Shown here: piece by piece, positions 20,587-31,240 of the stretch
How the letters are laid out: each line of letters opens with the position of its first letter
How positions within the stretch are numbered: the stretch's first letter is position 1
Assembly (NCBI GenBank): GCA_030643545.1
Contig: DAOWLE010000005.1
Span: forward strand, 1 to 62,430
Length of the DNA: 62,430 nt
Origin: a bacterium
GTDB taxonomy: Bacteria; Patescibacteriota; Minisyncoccia; JAHIHE01; DAOWLE01
Direction: 5' to 3'
Position numbers and translations under genes: made by a program
The notes under the pieces: generated by a model
What the model was told of the DNA's origin: nothing
Databases searched by the model: none
The model's input: only the letters and a program-made list of their open reading frames with translations

Positions 20587-21684
20587 ATGTCAAAATTCAA
20601 AAACAAAAAAATAATTCTCCTGCTTGTTTTTTTTATTGCAATTTCTTTAATCGGCGTCGGCTTTAAACAGGGATGGTGGAAATCCTCGCAGTTTGAAGTT
20701 TTGAGCCAAAACATTTCAACAAAAATAGTCAGCAGTTCAGAAGACAATAAAAAAACAAAAGTTAATGAATTGCCAGCGGAAAATTCTCCAAAAAATCCGA
20801 TTACCAGTTTGGCCTGCCAGCGGGCAAGCCAGCGGCCATTTGCGGTAATGATGGCTTCTGATGAAATCGCCCGTCCACTTTCTGGAATTAGCTCGGCAGA
20901 TTTGGTTTTTGAAATGCCGGTTGTCAGCGGCGGCATTACCCGGCTGATGGCTTTTTATAATTGCGAACTTCCCGGAGAAATCGGCAGCATCAGAAGCGCC
21001 CGCCATGATTTTATTCCTTTAGCCCAAGGTTTTGGCGCGATTTTTGTACACTGGGGCGGTTCTCATTTTGCTTTGGATAAATTGAATAAAAAAATAATTG
21101 ATAATATTGACGCCTTGAGAAATCCTTATTCCGCTTTTTATCGGCAAAAAGGAATTTCCAGCCCTCACAACGGATTCAGTTCGGGCAGCCGGTTGATCAA
21201 CTCTTCTGATAAATTAGGTTATGATTTAAAAAATAATTTTGAAGGATATCCGCATCTTGAAACTCATAACTTAGAACTTGGAACTGAAAAAAAAGTTTTG
21301 AAAATCGGCTATCCTTATCCTTTTAATATTAAATACGAATATAATCCGGAAACAAATTCTTACAAGCGCTGGCGGGGCAATAAGCCGGAAATAGATAAAA
21401 TAAATTCAAAGCAAGTAGAAGTTAAAAATGTAGTAGTGATGAAAGCCCGGTCCCGGCAAATTGAAGGGCAATATAATGATGTGGATATTGAAGGCGGAGG
21501 CGATTTGGAAGTTTATCAATTGGGAAAAATAATTAAAGGAAAATGGAAAAAAGATAAGGCAGATAAAAAAAGTAAACTTTATTTTTTAAACGAGCAAGGT
21601 GAAGAAATAAAATTTGTTCCAGGAAAAATTTGGGTGGAAATTGTTGAACCGTATCAAGTGGTGAAATACGAAAATGAAAATTAA
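20587..21684 (+). CDS. DUF3048-family exported protein
   Basis: N-terminal TM; RPFAVM, GGITR, IGSIRSAR, HWGGS, PHN. Confidence 0.85.
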   Translation: MSKFKNKKIILLLVFFIAISLIGVGFKQGWWKSSQFEVLSQNISTKIVSSSEDNKKTKVNELPAENSPKNPITSLACQRASQRPFAVMMASDEIARPLSGISSADLVFEMPVVSGGITRLMAFYNCELPGEIGSIRSARHDFIPLAQGFGAIFVHWGGSHFALDKLNKKIIDNIDALRNPYSAFYRQKGISSPHNGFSSGSRLINSSDKLGYDLKNNFEGYPHLETHNLELGTEKKVLKIGYPYPFNIKYEYNPETNSYKRWRGNKPEIDKINSKQVEVKNVVVMKARSRQIEGQYNDVDIEGGGDLEVYQLGKIIKGKWKKDKADKKSKLYFLNEQGEEIKFVPGKIWVEIVEPYQVVKYENEN

Positions 21685-21688
21685 ATTT

Positions 21689-22660
21689 ATGATTATCTTT
21701 TTATATGGCCAAGACAATTTTCGTTCACGGGAAAAACTCAATGAAATTATTGAGCGATTTAAAAAAGATGGTAAAAACGATCTTAGTTTAGAAATATTTG
21801 ACGGAGAAAATCTTGAATTTAATTTTTTTAAAAACGCGCTGACAACGCTTTCTTTTTTTAGTTCTAAAAAATTAATTATTGTTAAAAATTTATTAGCCAA
21901 AGGATCAACAAAACTTTTAGAAGAATTTAGCGAATACAAATCTCAATTAGACAGCAAAGATACAGTTGTTGTTTTTTGGGAAGAAAAAGATCCTGATAAA
22001 CGGACAAAATTATTTAAGTTTTTTAAAAAAACAGGTAAATGCCAGGAATTCAAGCTTCTTGAAAATTACCAAATAACCGATTGGATTAAAAAAGAATTAG
22101 AAAAAACAAATACTGCCAAGACCGGGTCTTGTTTAATTTCCTCGGAAGCGCAAAAAAAAATAGCTGCTTTTGTCGGCAGCAATCTTTGGCAGATGAAAAA
22201 TGAAATTAATAAACTTGCTTCTTATAAACTTGGTAGGATAGAATCCGATGATATTGACACTTTGGTCGCTTCGTCAATAACGAGCAATGTTTTTGATATT
22301 GTTGACGCTTTAGGAAATAAAAATCAAAAAGACGCTTTAAAATTTTTGCATGAACAATTGGAAAAAGGAGAAAACGCAATTTATCTTTTTACAATGATTG
22401 TTTATCAGTTTAGAAATTTGATAAAAGTGAAATCTTGTTTTGGGAGCGCTGCGGAGACCGAGTCTCCGCAAAGTATATCAAAAGAAACTGGACTACATCC
22501 TTATGTTGCGCAAAAAACGATTGCCCAGACAAAAAAATTTTCCTTAACGGAACTTAAGGAAAATTATCAAAAATTGCTTAATTTTGATTTATTAATAAAA
22601 ACTGGAAAAATAGAGCCTGTTGCGGCTTTGGATTTGTTAATTATTCAAATGACAAGCTAA
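21689..22660 (+). CDS. holA: DNA polymerase III delta subunit
   Basis: MIIFLYGQD, NEINKL, LHPYVAQK, IKTG; next to rpsT. Confidence 0.9.
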   Translation: MIIFLYGQDNFRSREKLNEIIERFKKDGKNDLSLEIFDGENLEFNFFKNALTTLSFFSSKKLIIVKNLLAKGSTKLLEEFSEYKSQLDSKDTVVVFWEEKDPDKRTKLFKFFKKTGKCQEFKLLENYQITDWIKKELEKTNTAKTGSCLISSEAQKKIAAFVGSNLWQMKNEINKLASYKLGRIESDDIDTLVASSITSNVFDIVDALGNKNQKDALKFLHEQLEKGENAIYLFTMIVYQFRNLIKVKSCFGSAAETESPQSISKETGLHPYVAQKTIAQTKKFSLTELKENYQKLLNFDLLIKTGKIEPVAALDLLIIQMTS

Positions 22661-22664
22661 TTTT

Positions 22665-22934
22665 TTATTTAGAATTCAACCGATTAATTGACTTGGCTAA
22701 TCTTGACTTTTTTCTCGCAGCAGTATTTTTTTTAATTATTCCTTTTTTAGCCGCCTTGTCAATCGCTTTGTATCCTTTGCTTAAATTTTCCTGAGCTTCT
22801 TTTCTCTTGCCGCTTCCAATAAAGGACTTTACTTTTTTAACTTGGCCCTTCATTCTATTTTTAACTCTTAAATTTTCCAGTTTTCTTTTTTTATTTTGTC
22901 TTAAAGCTTTTTTTGCAGATTTAATAATAGGCAT
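22665..22934 (-). CDS. rpsT: 30S ribosomal protein S20
   Basis: MPIIKSAKKALRQ, IDKAAKKG, NTAARKKSRL. Confidence 0.97.
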   Translation of the reverse strand: MPIIKSAKKALRQNKKRKLENLRVKNRMKGQVKKVKSFIGSGKRKEAQENLSKGYKAIDKAAKKGIIKKNTAARKKSRLAKSINRLNSK

Positions 22935-23060
22935 AATTTTAATTTAAAAATTTTAATTCTTCACTTATTTATTCTATCATCATTTGCCAGTTTAGTCAAA
23001 TTAGGGTAAAATATTAGTAAGGAGCAAAATATTTTCACTATATAATTATATAAAAAATTT

Positions 23061-23687
23061 ATGGCTGCTAATTTTAGAAAAAAAATATATCTTAAAATAT
23101 TAATCCTGATTATTGCGATTGCTCTTTTAATTTTTTTCGGCATTAGGCCTATTTTTTCTAAAATCAACCAAACAAGCCAGAAGATTCAGGAAACCAAATT
23201 TATTTTGAGCGAATTTGACCAGCAGAAAAAATATTTAGAAAGTTTGGAAAACGATTCTGAAAAAATTAAAGAAGAAAATATTACTTTATCTCAAGTTCTT
23301 ATTGAGCCGCAGAATATTGTCAGTTTTATTATTGCTTTAGAAAGAATTGCCGATGTTACAGAAAACCAAATGGAAATTAGCGTTGTCGCGCCAAAAAAAG
23401 AAAACGCGTTAAACAATCCCGCCCAGCAATCAGTTTCAAAAGATGAATTCTATAATGTTCCGTTTAATTTAAGTTTAGAAGGAAAATTTAATTCATTGAT
23501 GGATTTTTTGGTCTTGCTGGAAAATATGGAATATTATGTTGATGTCGGCTCAATTAATATTGAAGCAATGACAGAGCAAGTCCAACTTGAAAATAAAGAA
23601 ATGATAGAACAATATTTAGGAACTATTAGAACTAATCTTTTCATAAAAGTTTATACCAATCAGCCGGCGCCGAGAGATTTTTGGTAA
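23061..23687 (+). CDS. PilO-like pilus assembly protein
   Basis: N-terminal TM, coiled coil, LEGKFNSLMDFLVLLEN. Confidence 0.6.
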   Translation: MAANFRKKIYLKILILIIAIALLIFFGIRPIFSKINQTSQKIQETKFILSEFDQQKKYLESLENDSEKIKEENITLSQVLIEPQNIVSFIIALERIADVTENQMEISVVAPKKENALNNPAQQSVSKDEFYNVPFNLSLEGKFNSLMDFLVLLENMEYYVDVGSINIEAMTEQVQLENKEMIEQYLGTIRTNLFIKVYTNQPAPRDFW

Positions 23688-23738
23688 TTTTTTTGATTAA
23701 AATTCAATATAAAACAAACAACAAAAACAAAAATCAAC

Positions 23739-23775
23739 AAAACAAAATCCCGCCAAATAAGCGGGGTTTTGTTTT
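23739..23775. terminator. Hairpin terminator between the convergent pilO-like gene and dnaK
   Basis: AAAACAAAATCCCGC-loop-GCGGGGTTTTGTTTT. Confidence 0.6.
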
Positions 23776-23788
23776 ATCTGATAAATAT

Positions 23789-25648
23789 TTATTTATTTTC
23801 AGGTTTTTTTGGCTCTTCATATTCTCCTTCAATCGGACCCTTATCATCTTTTTTATCTTCTGGCTTTTTTTGATTTTCAGCTCCAGCTCCGGCGGCTGGA
23901 CCGGCTTGCTGATAAAGTTCAGCGCCGATTTTTTGGATTGCCTGGCTTAATTCGTCAGAAGATTTTTTAATCGCTTCAATATCATCGCCGTCTTTTACTT
24001 TTTTCAAATCAGCGATTTTTTCTTCCACTTCTTTTTTATTTTCTTCCTTAACCTTATCTTTGACATCACGTAAAGTTTTTTCCGTAGAATAAATTAAAGT
24101 ATCAGCCACATTTCTTGCGTCGATCAAATCTTTTTTCTTTCGGTCGTCAGCCGAATGCGCTTCAGCTTCTTTTTTCATTTTTTCTATTTCGTCTTTGTTC
24201 AATCTGGAAGAATCTTTAATAGTAATGTGCTGGCTTTTTCCGGTTGCTTTATCTTTCGCTGTCACAGTCAGAATCCCGTCAGCGTTAATATCAAAAACAA
24301 CTTCAACCTGTGGCATTCCGCGCGGCGCCGGAGGAATTCCGTCTAAAAGAAATCTTCCTAATGTTTTATTGTCGCCAGCCATTTCCCGTTCGCCCTGCAA
24401 AACATGAATTTCTACTGATGTTTGGCTGTCAGCGGCTGTGGAAAAAACTTGCGTTTTGGAAGTCGGCACAGTTGTATTTCGTTCAATCAAAGAAGTCCGC
24501 ACTCCGCCTAAAGTTTCAATCCCCAAAGTCAAGGGAGTAACATCTAAAAGCAAAACATCTTTTACTTCGCCGGTTAAAACGCCGGCCTGAACAGCCGCTC
24601 CCATTGCCACGCATTCCATCGGATCAATTCCTCTTTCTATTTTCTTGCCGATATAATCTTCAACAAATTTTTGGACAATTGGCATTCTTGTCGGACCGCC
24701 GACTAAAATAATTTTAGTAATATCATTTGGAGTTAATTTTGTATCACTTAAAGATTTCTCAAGAGGTTCGCGGCATTTTTCAATAATATCTTTTACTAAT
24801 TCTTCAAGTTTTGCCCGAGTAATTTTCATCGTTAAGTGTTTCGGGCCTGAAGAGTCAGCGGTAATAAACGGAAGATTAATATCGGTTTCAAGAGTTGAGG
24901 AAAGTTCAATCTTCGCTTTTTCCGCCGCTTCATTAAGCCGTTCCATCGCCATTTTATCTTGCGTTAAATCAATTCCAGTATCACTTTTGAATTGTTCAAC
25001 AATATAATTTAAAAGTATCTCGTCCATATCCCGTCCGCCAAGATTGGTGTCTCCGGAAGTTGAAAGAACTTCAAAAACGCCTTCGCCGAATTCCATAATT
25101 GTTACATCAAGAGTTCCGCCGCCAAAATCAAAAACAAGAATTTTTTCTTCTTTGCCGGCTTTGTCAACTCCGTAAGCAAGACAGGCCGCCGTCGGTTCGT
25201 TAATCAATCTAAGAACTTTTAATCCGGCAATTTCCCCGGCGTCTTTTGTGGCTTGCCTTTGGGCATCGTCAAAATACGCAGGCACAGTGATAACCGCTTT
25301 TTCAATCCGTTCGCCCAAATAAGATTCTGCGTCTTTTTTAATTTTCTGCAGAATAAAAGCGGAGATTTGTTCCGGAGTATATTCTTTTTCAGAAATTTTA
25401 TACTTATGGCTTGATCCCATCTTTCTTTTGGCGCCGGCAATTGTTTTTTCCGGATTGCTTACTGCTTGTCGCCGCGCCGGCTCGCCGACTAATAATTCGT
25501 CTTTCGCTCCAAAAGCAACAATAGAAGGAAACGCTTTGCCGCCAACTGTCGTTCCTTCAGCTGAAGGAATAATTGTCGGCTTGCCGCCTTCAACAACCGC
25601 CGCCGCAGAGTTAGATGTTCCCAAGTCAATTCCAATTATCTTTTCCAT
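23789..25648 (-). CDS. dnaK: Chaperone DnaK
   Basis: [29 protein letters not shown]. Confidence 0.98.
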   Translation of the reverse strand: MEKIIGIDLGTSNSAAAVVEGGKPTIIPSAEGTTVGGKAFPSIVAFGAKDELLVGEPARRQAVSNPEKTIAGAKRKMGSSHKYKISEKEYTPEQISAFILQKIKKDAESYLGERIEKAVITVPAYFDDAQRQATKDAGEIAGLKVLRLINEPTAACLAYGVDKAGKEEKILVFDFGGGTLDVTIMEFGEGVFEVLSTSGDTNLGGRDMDEILLNYIVEQFKSDTGIDLTQDKMAMERLNEAAEKAKIELSSTLETDINLPFITADSSGPKHLTMKITRAKLEELVKDIIEKCREPLEKSLSDTKLTPNDITKIILVGGPTRMPIVQKFVEDYIGKKIERGIDPMECVAMGAAVQAGVLTGEVKDVLLLDVTPLTLGIETLGGVRTSLIERNTTVPTSKTQVFSTAADSQTSVEIHVLQGEREMAGDNKTLGRFLLDGIPPAPRGMPQVEVVFDINADGILTVTAKDKATGKSQHITIKDSSRLNKDEIEKMKKEAEAHSADDRKKKDLIDARNVADTLIYSTEKTLRDVKDKVKEENKKEVEEKIADLKKVKDGDDIEAIKKSSDELSQAIQKIGAELYQQAGPAAGAGAENQKKPEDKKDDKGPIEGEYEEPKKPENK

Positions 25649-25686
25649 ATTATTTTTTTCCTTTCTTTTAATTATTTAACTTAATT

Positions 25687-26160
25687 TTAATTTAAACAGG
25701 TAATTTTTACTTTTGCCGTTCTAATTACTTGTTGATTTAAAAGATAACCCTTTTGCACTTCTTCAATAATTTCATTTTCTTTTTTATTTTCCAATTCAAC
25801 TTTTTCAACCGCCTCGTGCAGATTCGGATTAAAAATTTCACCGACTGATTTTATTTCTTCCAACCCTTTTTCATTAAGCAAACTTTCAAGCTGATTTTTT
25901 ATCTGTAATATTCCTTTTGCCCATTCGGAATTTTTTAATTCTTCAGGCAAGTGCTGCCCGGCTGATTTAAAAGCGTCTAAAGTCGGCAAAATTTCTAAGA
26001 TTAAGTTTTGATTTGCCATTTGATCAAGTTCGTTAAAAACTTTCGCCTGTCTTTTTTTATAATTTTCAAAATCCGCTTTTGTCCTTTGCCATCCGCTTAA
26101 ATATTCCTCGGATTGTTTTTTGCATTTTTCCAATTCTTTTTTTGAATCTTTTTTTTCCAT
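25687..26160 (-). CDS. grpE: Nucleotide exchange factor GrpE
   Basis: ADFENYKKR, FNPNLHEA, QKGY..VIRTAKV; directly upstream of dnaK. Confidence 0.95.
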   Translation of the reverse strand: MEKKDSKKELEKCKKQSEEYLSGWQRTKADFENYKKRQAKVFNELDQMANQNLILEILPTLDAFKSAGQHLPEELKNSEWAKGILQIKNQLESLLNEKGLEEIKSVGEIFNPNLHEAVEKVELENKKENEIIEEVQKGYLLNQQVIRTAKVKITCLN

Positions 26161-26178
26161 TGCTTTATAAATTATAAT

Positions 26179-26253
26179 TGGAGCGGGCGAGCGGAATTGA
26201 ACCGCCGTCTCAGCCTTGGCAAGGCCGTATAATAACCACTATACGACGCCCGC
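26179..26253 (-). tRNA. tRNA-Gly(GCC)
   Basis: Reverse complement GCGGGCG..CGCCCGCTCCA, anticodon loop TTGCCAA, CCA encoded. Confidence 0.95.
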
Positions 26254-26256
26254 GGT

Positions 26257-26378
26257 GAAAATTCAAAATGTAAATATCAAAAATTAAAATGACAATGTAA
26301 AATTAAAAATTAACTAATGTTAAAATAGTTTTAAATTTATTTCATTTTAACATTTTAATTTGTCATTTTGCATTTTAT
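26257..26378. repeat. AT-rich inverted-repeat element related to the flanks of the four-helix-bundle gene
   Basis: 26271-26303 matches 56188-56220 at 32 of 33 nt; the right end TTTGTCATTTTGCATTTT is an inverted copy of the motif. Confidence 0.65.
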
Positions 26379-26379
26379 G

Positions 26380-26452
26380 TGCCGGGACTCGGAATCGAAC
26401 CGAGGACACCAGGATTTTCAGTCCTGTGCTCTACCGACTGAGCTATCCCGGC
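26380..26452 (-). tRNA. tRNA-Phe(GAA)
   Basis: Reverse complement GCCGGGATAGCTCAGTCGGTAGAGC..CTGAAAA..GGTTCGATTCCGAGTCCCGGCA. Confidence 0.96.
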
Positions 26453-26463
26453 AAAATTAAAAA

Positions 26464-28626
26464 TTATTTAATATATTCTTCAAATTCTTCATCTGAAAGT
26501 TCAATTATATTTTCCCATTTGTATCCGGCAGACTTGAATTCCTCAGCGGATTTAATCCATTCGCCTTTTCCGTTTTTAACAACATAAATTTTTGCTCCTC
26601 TTTCTCTTTTAATTAAAGTCCGATCAGGATATTTTAAGAAAGCGCCCAAAGAATATAAATTTATTTCTTTTTCCAAAACAATAATCACATTCTGCCATTG
26701 GTAACCGCGGGATTCAAAAATTTCTAATGATTTTATTTCTTTTTTTTGATTATCTTCAATTAAATAAACTGTTCCTGAATTTTTTGCCCGCAAAAGCGTT
26801 CCATTCTGATAAAGAACCGGCTCGCCAGTCGGATATAAATTTAATTCTTCTTGGGAAATTTCAATAATTTTTGTCCAGCAATAATTCAAATGATTTAAAA
26901 GCTGTCCTGAAGCAATTTCTCTTTTCTTTCCGCTTTCAATCAGCCAGACAATTGAACCGCCTTTTTTTCTGATTAAATTTCCATCCGGATATAAAAGCGG
27001 ATTGCCAATGGAATAAAAAGAAAGTTCTTGATTTGAAATCTTTAAAATATCGCTCCACTTATATTCCAGTATATCAAATAAATTCGCTGATGTAAACTTT
27101 CGCTTTTGCTCTCCTTCTGTCAGAAATATTGTTGCGGAATTTCCCTGAATTAAAGTTCCAGACGGATAAAGTGACGGTTTTCCTTCTAAAAAACTTTCCA
27201 AATCATTTTCAGGCAGTTTTTTTACCTCGCTCCATTTATATCCAAGTTTTTCAAATAATAAACCGGAGGAAATCCATCGTTTTTTTCCGTTTTCAATAAA
27301 ATAAACTTTTGAATCTGCTCTGACTAAAGAATTATCCGGACCGTACTTAACTAATTTGCCGTTTTGATAAATCGTTAAATCCTTTTCAGAAATTTCTTTG
27401 ATATCAGCCCATTTAAAATTCAAATTATTAAATTGTTCGGCAGATACGGCTAATTTTCTTTTTTTGCCGTTTTCAATCAGCCAGACATCAGGAGAATTTT
27501 TTGATTTGAGCAAAGTTCCGTCAGGATATTTTTTTGTTTGATTTTGATTCTGCGAAGTATTACTTGGACCGAAATATTCTTGCCAAAGATTCCAAAAATT
27601 ATAATTTCCATTATAAATATGAGGTGTATATCGGTAAAGAAAAGCAGTCGCGTAATTTGCCGGGGTAACATCGGTTTTATCGTCCAACGCTTTTGCGGAA
27701 TTTGCTTTATAAGTAACGCCTTTTTGGTGGAGATGTTTATAATTTTCCGAATAGTCAAACCATCGCCGGAATTGCCAGCAAGCGCCGTCAACTTGATTGT
27801 AAAAACCTTTATTAGTTTCTTTCCATGCGCCCCTTTCCAAACATCCATAACCCATTGCCCAATTCAAAGCGTGATCCAATCCCTGTGGAGGATTTGAATC
27901 GTCAATCAAACTTTGCTCTTTTTGCAAAGTTACCAAAACAACTTTTGGATTTATTCTGTATTTTTGGGATAAATTATAAATAACTTCTGTCGCGGACAGT
28001 TCCTGTTCTCCTTGTTTTATTGTTGGAGCGCTTGAAGAAAAATAACACTGCCATTTTTCTTTCGCTTCTTCCTGAAGCTTCAGATTTAATTCTTCGCAGT
28101 AAAGATTATTAATTTTTTTTATCGTTGTCTCGCCAATATAGCCAGTGCCTTTGGTTAATCCCCACGGCGCCAAAACTTCATCAGCGTATTTTTCCTGGAA
28201 TTTTATGGCAGCGGCAATTGTTATCTGATCATAAATTTTTGTTTCTTTAACTTCTGGATAATATTTTTTTAAAAAAGTTTGGAGTTTTTCAACTTGCTGC
28301 ACGTCGTTATTTTCTTTATCCGGACTAACGCGAATTTCCGAGTCCAAATAAGGTTGGCAAGTTTGCTCATTTTCATTTTCATTTTCTTGTTTTGGCAACC
28401 GACAGAGATAATTTTTTAAAACTCCCTGCTTTTTTGTTAGAAAACTTTCAATATCTTTCAAAGCCATTGACTGATAATCCAACATTTCCTGGTCAGATAA
28501 AAGATTATTCGGATTAAATGTCTGAACTGTCTGGCTGTTTGCCTGAATGGAAAAAGAGGAAATAAAAAAAGGCAGGCAGATTATAAAAATAAAATTATTT
28601 TTTTTAATTTTTAATTTTTGAATCAT
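26464..28626 (-). CDS. Exported cell-surface protein: peptidoglycan-binding-like domain, putative hydrolase domain and C-terminal ~59-aa repeats
   Basis: Signal peptide; LQTFL..GYIGETTIKKIN; INPKVVLVTLQKEQSL..AMGYGC; about six YPDGTLL..IENGKKR..W repeats. Confidence 0.65.
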   Translation of the reverse strand: MIQKLKIKKNNFIFIICLPFFISSFSIQANSQTVQTFNPNNLLSDQEMLDYQSMALKDIESFLTKKQGVLKNYLCRLPKQENENENEQTCQPYLDSEIRVSPDKENNDVQQVEKLQTFLKKYYPEVKETKIYDQITIAAAIKFQEKYADEVLAPWGLTKGTGYIGETTIKKINNLYCEELNLKLQEEAKEKWQCYFSSSAPTIKQGEQELSATEVIYNLSQKYRINPKVVLVTLQKEQSLIDDSNPPQGLDHALNWAMGYGCLERGAWKETNKGFYNQVDGACWQFRRWFDYSENYKHLHQKGVTYKANSAKALDDKTDVTPANYATAFLYRYTPHIYNGNYNFWNLWQEYFGPSNTSQNQNQTKKYPDGTLLKSKNSPDVWLIENGKKRKLAVSAEQFNNLNFKWADIKEISEKDLTIYQNGKLVKYGPDNSLVRADSKVYFIENGKKRWISSGLLFEKLGYKWSEVKKLPENDLESFLEGKPSLYPSGTLIQGNSATIFLTEGEQKRKFTSANLFDILEYKWSDILKISNQELSFYSIGNPLLYPDGNLIRKKGGSIVWLIESGKKREIASGQLLNHLNYCWTKIIEISQEELNLYPTGEPVLYQNGTLLRAKNSGTVYLIEDNQKKEIKSLEIFESRGYQWQNVIIVLEKEINLYSLGAFLKYPDRTLIKRERGAKIYVVKNGKGEWIKSAEEFKSAGYKWENIIELSDEEFEEYIK

Positions 28627-28644
28627 TGTTTTAAAAAACTAAAA

Positions 28645-28725
28645 TGTCATTCCTGCACAGACAGGAATCTACGCTTATCGTAACGCTTATTTCAATACTG
28701 GATTCCCGCCTACGCGGGAATGACA
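28645..28725. repeat. REP-like double-hairpin element (GTCATTCC...GGAATGAC type)
   Basis: TGTCATTCCTGCACAGACAGGAATC ... GGATTCCCGCCTACGCGGGAATGACA; related copy at 49249-49330. Confidence 0.75.
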
Positions 28726-28751
28726 GAGGAGCAAACGCACAAATTTTATGT

Positions 28752-30209
28752 TTACCCCAAAAACTTTCTCAAGTTTGCCGCTCTTAAAATACACTCTCTC
28801 AAATCTCTTGTTTCGTTTTTCTTTAATAATTTCAAAACATAATCTGTCAGCTCTTTATGTTCCGTATCAATTGTGGAATCCGCTGAAAATTTTTCAACCG
28901 TTACCTTAAGATCTTTTGGTAAAAATTCTGTATCCGGATTGAAATATTTTAATGCGTCTTTTAAATCATCATTAAAATGCGTATAAACTTTTTTAATAAA
29001 TTGCATATCGTCTTCGTTCAGCACGTTCAGCCCCAAAATTTCCGGTGGCAGCCCTATAGAATAAAGCGCGGCGGTAAATGTTATCGCTCTTGGCAAGCTA
29101 ATTTTTTCTACATTCCGTGAATAGCCGAAAAGTCCTATGTGCAGTTTTCTTTTTCTTTTGCTTGGAATATATTCGGCAATTTCGTTGATTATCGGCGCCA
29201 AAACCATTATTTGCTTCCTGTATTCCTGAGAATATTTTTTAATTATTTCCAAACACCTTTCTTCATCTATTTCTTGGGAATATCCGGTTTTTCTTTCCCG
29301 TATTTTTTTTACAGCTTCCCTAACTTCCTCAAGAGGATTGTCATATTTGAACGCGGATTGAATAGTAAATGTATGAGCGCTGGGATATCCTTCGGCGACC
29401 CTTTCCACTGTTTGCGGCCTTAGATTTCCTCTGAAAGGAGACGAACCCACGCCAATGATAGGATAAATTTTAACACCTATATTTTCTGACAATTTCTGCA
29501 ATTTCTGTAAAGCAATTTTGTTTAAAAGAACAGCGCTGATAAAACCGTAATTCATTGCCGGATCTGACCTTGCCAGAAAAACTCGTTGGTAATCCGTATT
29601 TTTATCTTTCAAATATTGCTGCGTTATTTTATCCGCGCTAAGCATATATTCCATATCTTCAAAGAGAGGTATAACATTAATTCTTTCAGGCCTGAATTCC
29701 CCGATCCATTTGGCGATTGTTATGTCTCCTTTTTCAAATGGTTTGTTTTGCTTTCCGGCGACAAAATCGCGATAATATTTATAAACTCTGTCAATGCATT
29801 TGTATGACGCGGTCATCGGCAGCACGACTTCAAATACCGGCGGCGTATCGTCTTGATAAAATAATTTTGCGGCGTCAAACGACCTGGGAATACTTTCCAA
29901 TGTCTCCAATAAAATTTTCGCTTCAGCTTTTTCTATCACCGGATTAGGCACTCTCAAAGTTATAAAAAGGTCTTTGCCTAATTTTTTGTTTCTGAAAAAA
30001 AATTCGTATTTTGTTAATAGTTTTTTGACTACATAATTATCAACTTCCTTGCCTTCGCAATCCCACATCTGCTCATCGCAGCCCAAATGAGAAAATGTAT
30101 AGTATGCTTCCTGTATTTCATCTTCTCCGCCGAGCTCCACATTTTCCGCAAAAAACGGAGAGCTTACATTATCAGGATGCTGAGTGCTCATACATCTTGG
30201 TATTTTCAT
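28752..30209 (-). CDS. ppcA: Archaeal-type phosphoenolpyruvate carboxylase
   Basis: IPRCMSTQHPDN, MWDCEGK, RVFLARSDPAMNYG, PFRG, LPRAITFT; 485 aa. Confidence 0.92.
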   Translation of the reverse strand: MKIPRCMSTQHPDNVSSPFFAENVELGGEDEIQEAYYTFSHLGCDEQMWDCEGKEVDNYVVKKLLTKYEFFFRNKKLGKDLFITLRVPNPVIEKAEAKILLETLESIPRSFDAAKLFYQDDTPPVFEVVLPMTASYKCIDRVYKYYRDFVAGKQNKPFEKGDITIAKWIGEFRPERINVIPLFEDMEYMLSADKITQQYLKDKNTDYQRVFLARSDPAMNYGFISAVLLNKIALQKLQKLSENIGVKIYPIIGVGSSPFRGNLRPQTVERVAEGYPSAHTFTIQSAFKYDNPLEEVREAVKKIRERKTGYSQEIDEERCLEIIKKYSQEYRKQIMVLAPIINEIAEYIPSKRKRKLHIGLFGYSRNVEKISLPRAITFTAALYSIGLPPEILGLNVLNEDDMQFIKKVYTHFNDDLKDALKYFNPDTEFLPKDLKVTVEKFSADSTIDTEHKELTDYVLKLLKKNETRDLRECILRAANLRKFLG

Positions 30210-30298
30210 AAAATTAAAATAAGATAAATTTATATTTTAAGTTCGTTCATATTTCTAATTTTTCTATTTCAAAATCTCGTTTTATAATTTTCACCATA

Positions 30299-30649
30299 TT
30301 ACATCTTATTGCTTCCTCTAATATTATCAATAATCTTGGTAATATCTCCGCTTGCTTTCCAAAATGTGACAGAAGTTTCATCAAATGGATTTGCATGTAT
30401 ATGGGATTTAAGCGGCTGAATATCAATAGACTGTCCCTCCTCCAAAATAACTTCTTTTATTATTTTTTCATCTTCAAAAAATTTTATCACACATTTTCCT
30501 TTTAATTGAAACAAGGATTCTAAAACAGGCCTATTATGTTTTGCTAATTCTTGCTGTGGATTAATTTCTAAAGTTCCGACACTTAAATTTTTATCAGAAA
30601 AAGCAATCATAATATTACCTTGCTCTAAATCATATTTTTCGAAATTCAT
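30299..30649 (-). CDS. Cupin-domain protein
   Basis: KHNRP..E.L, HIHANP. Confidence 0.7.
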   Translation of the reverse strand: MNFEKYDLEQGNIMIAFSDKNLSVGTLEINPQQELAKHNRPVLESLFQLKGKCVIKFFEDEKIIKEVILEEGQSIDIQPLKSHIHANPFDETSVTFWKASGDITKIIDNIRGSNKM

Positions 30650-30700
30650 AATGTTGTAATTATATTTAATTTAAATAATTTATTTCAAAATCTTAAATCT

Positions 30701-31222
30701 TTACCCAAGAAATAATTTTTTGTAATTGAATCTTTTCAAATCATTTTCAATGTTTTCATATTTTTTCCCACAGATCATTCCTCCGGCGAGAAAAACTTCC
30801 TGAGTAACATCTGCAAGGCAAAAATCAGGCATTTTAAAATTATCTTTTTCTTCAATGGTCGCGAATTCAAAATCTATCGCGACAAGACCTTTTAAGAAAT
30901 CTTGAAAAATACCTATCTCCGCTATTCTTCCGTTGTAATCATAATAATATCTTATTTTGCGGACTTTTTTTCCGTCAAGTTTTTGAAAAACGTTAAATTC
31001 ATCTTCAGTTAAAATTATTGTTTGCTCTTCCTGCCGAGAAGCGTCTCCGTCATTAACTGGTTTTTTCTTTGTCGCTTCAAATTTATTTCCGTTTTTTCTG
31101 ATTCTTAATTTTGGATGTTCGCTTGATTTCGGAATGTAAATGTCAATAATTTCCTTAAATTCACAATTTTCCAATCCTTTTGGAAGTTCTTTCGCTAAAT
31201 AAGTTTTTTCTAATTCAATCAT
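30701..31222 (-). CDS. CYTH-like protein
   Basis: IELEKTYL, LRIRK, KIRYY, FEF. Confidence 0.75.
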   Translation of the reverse strand: MIELEKTYLAKELPKGLENCEFKEIIDIYIPKSSEHPKLRIRKNGNKFEATKKKPVNDGDASRQEEQTIILTEDEFNVFQKLDGKKVRKIRYYYDYNGRIAEIGIFQDFLKGLVAIDFEFATIEEKDNFKMPDFCLADVTQEVFLAGGMICGKKYENIENDLKRFNYKKLFLG

Positions 31223-31240
31223 AATATTTGAGATTAAGAT

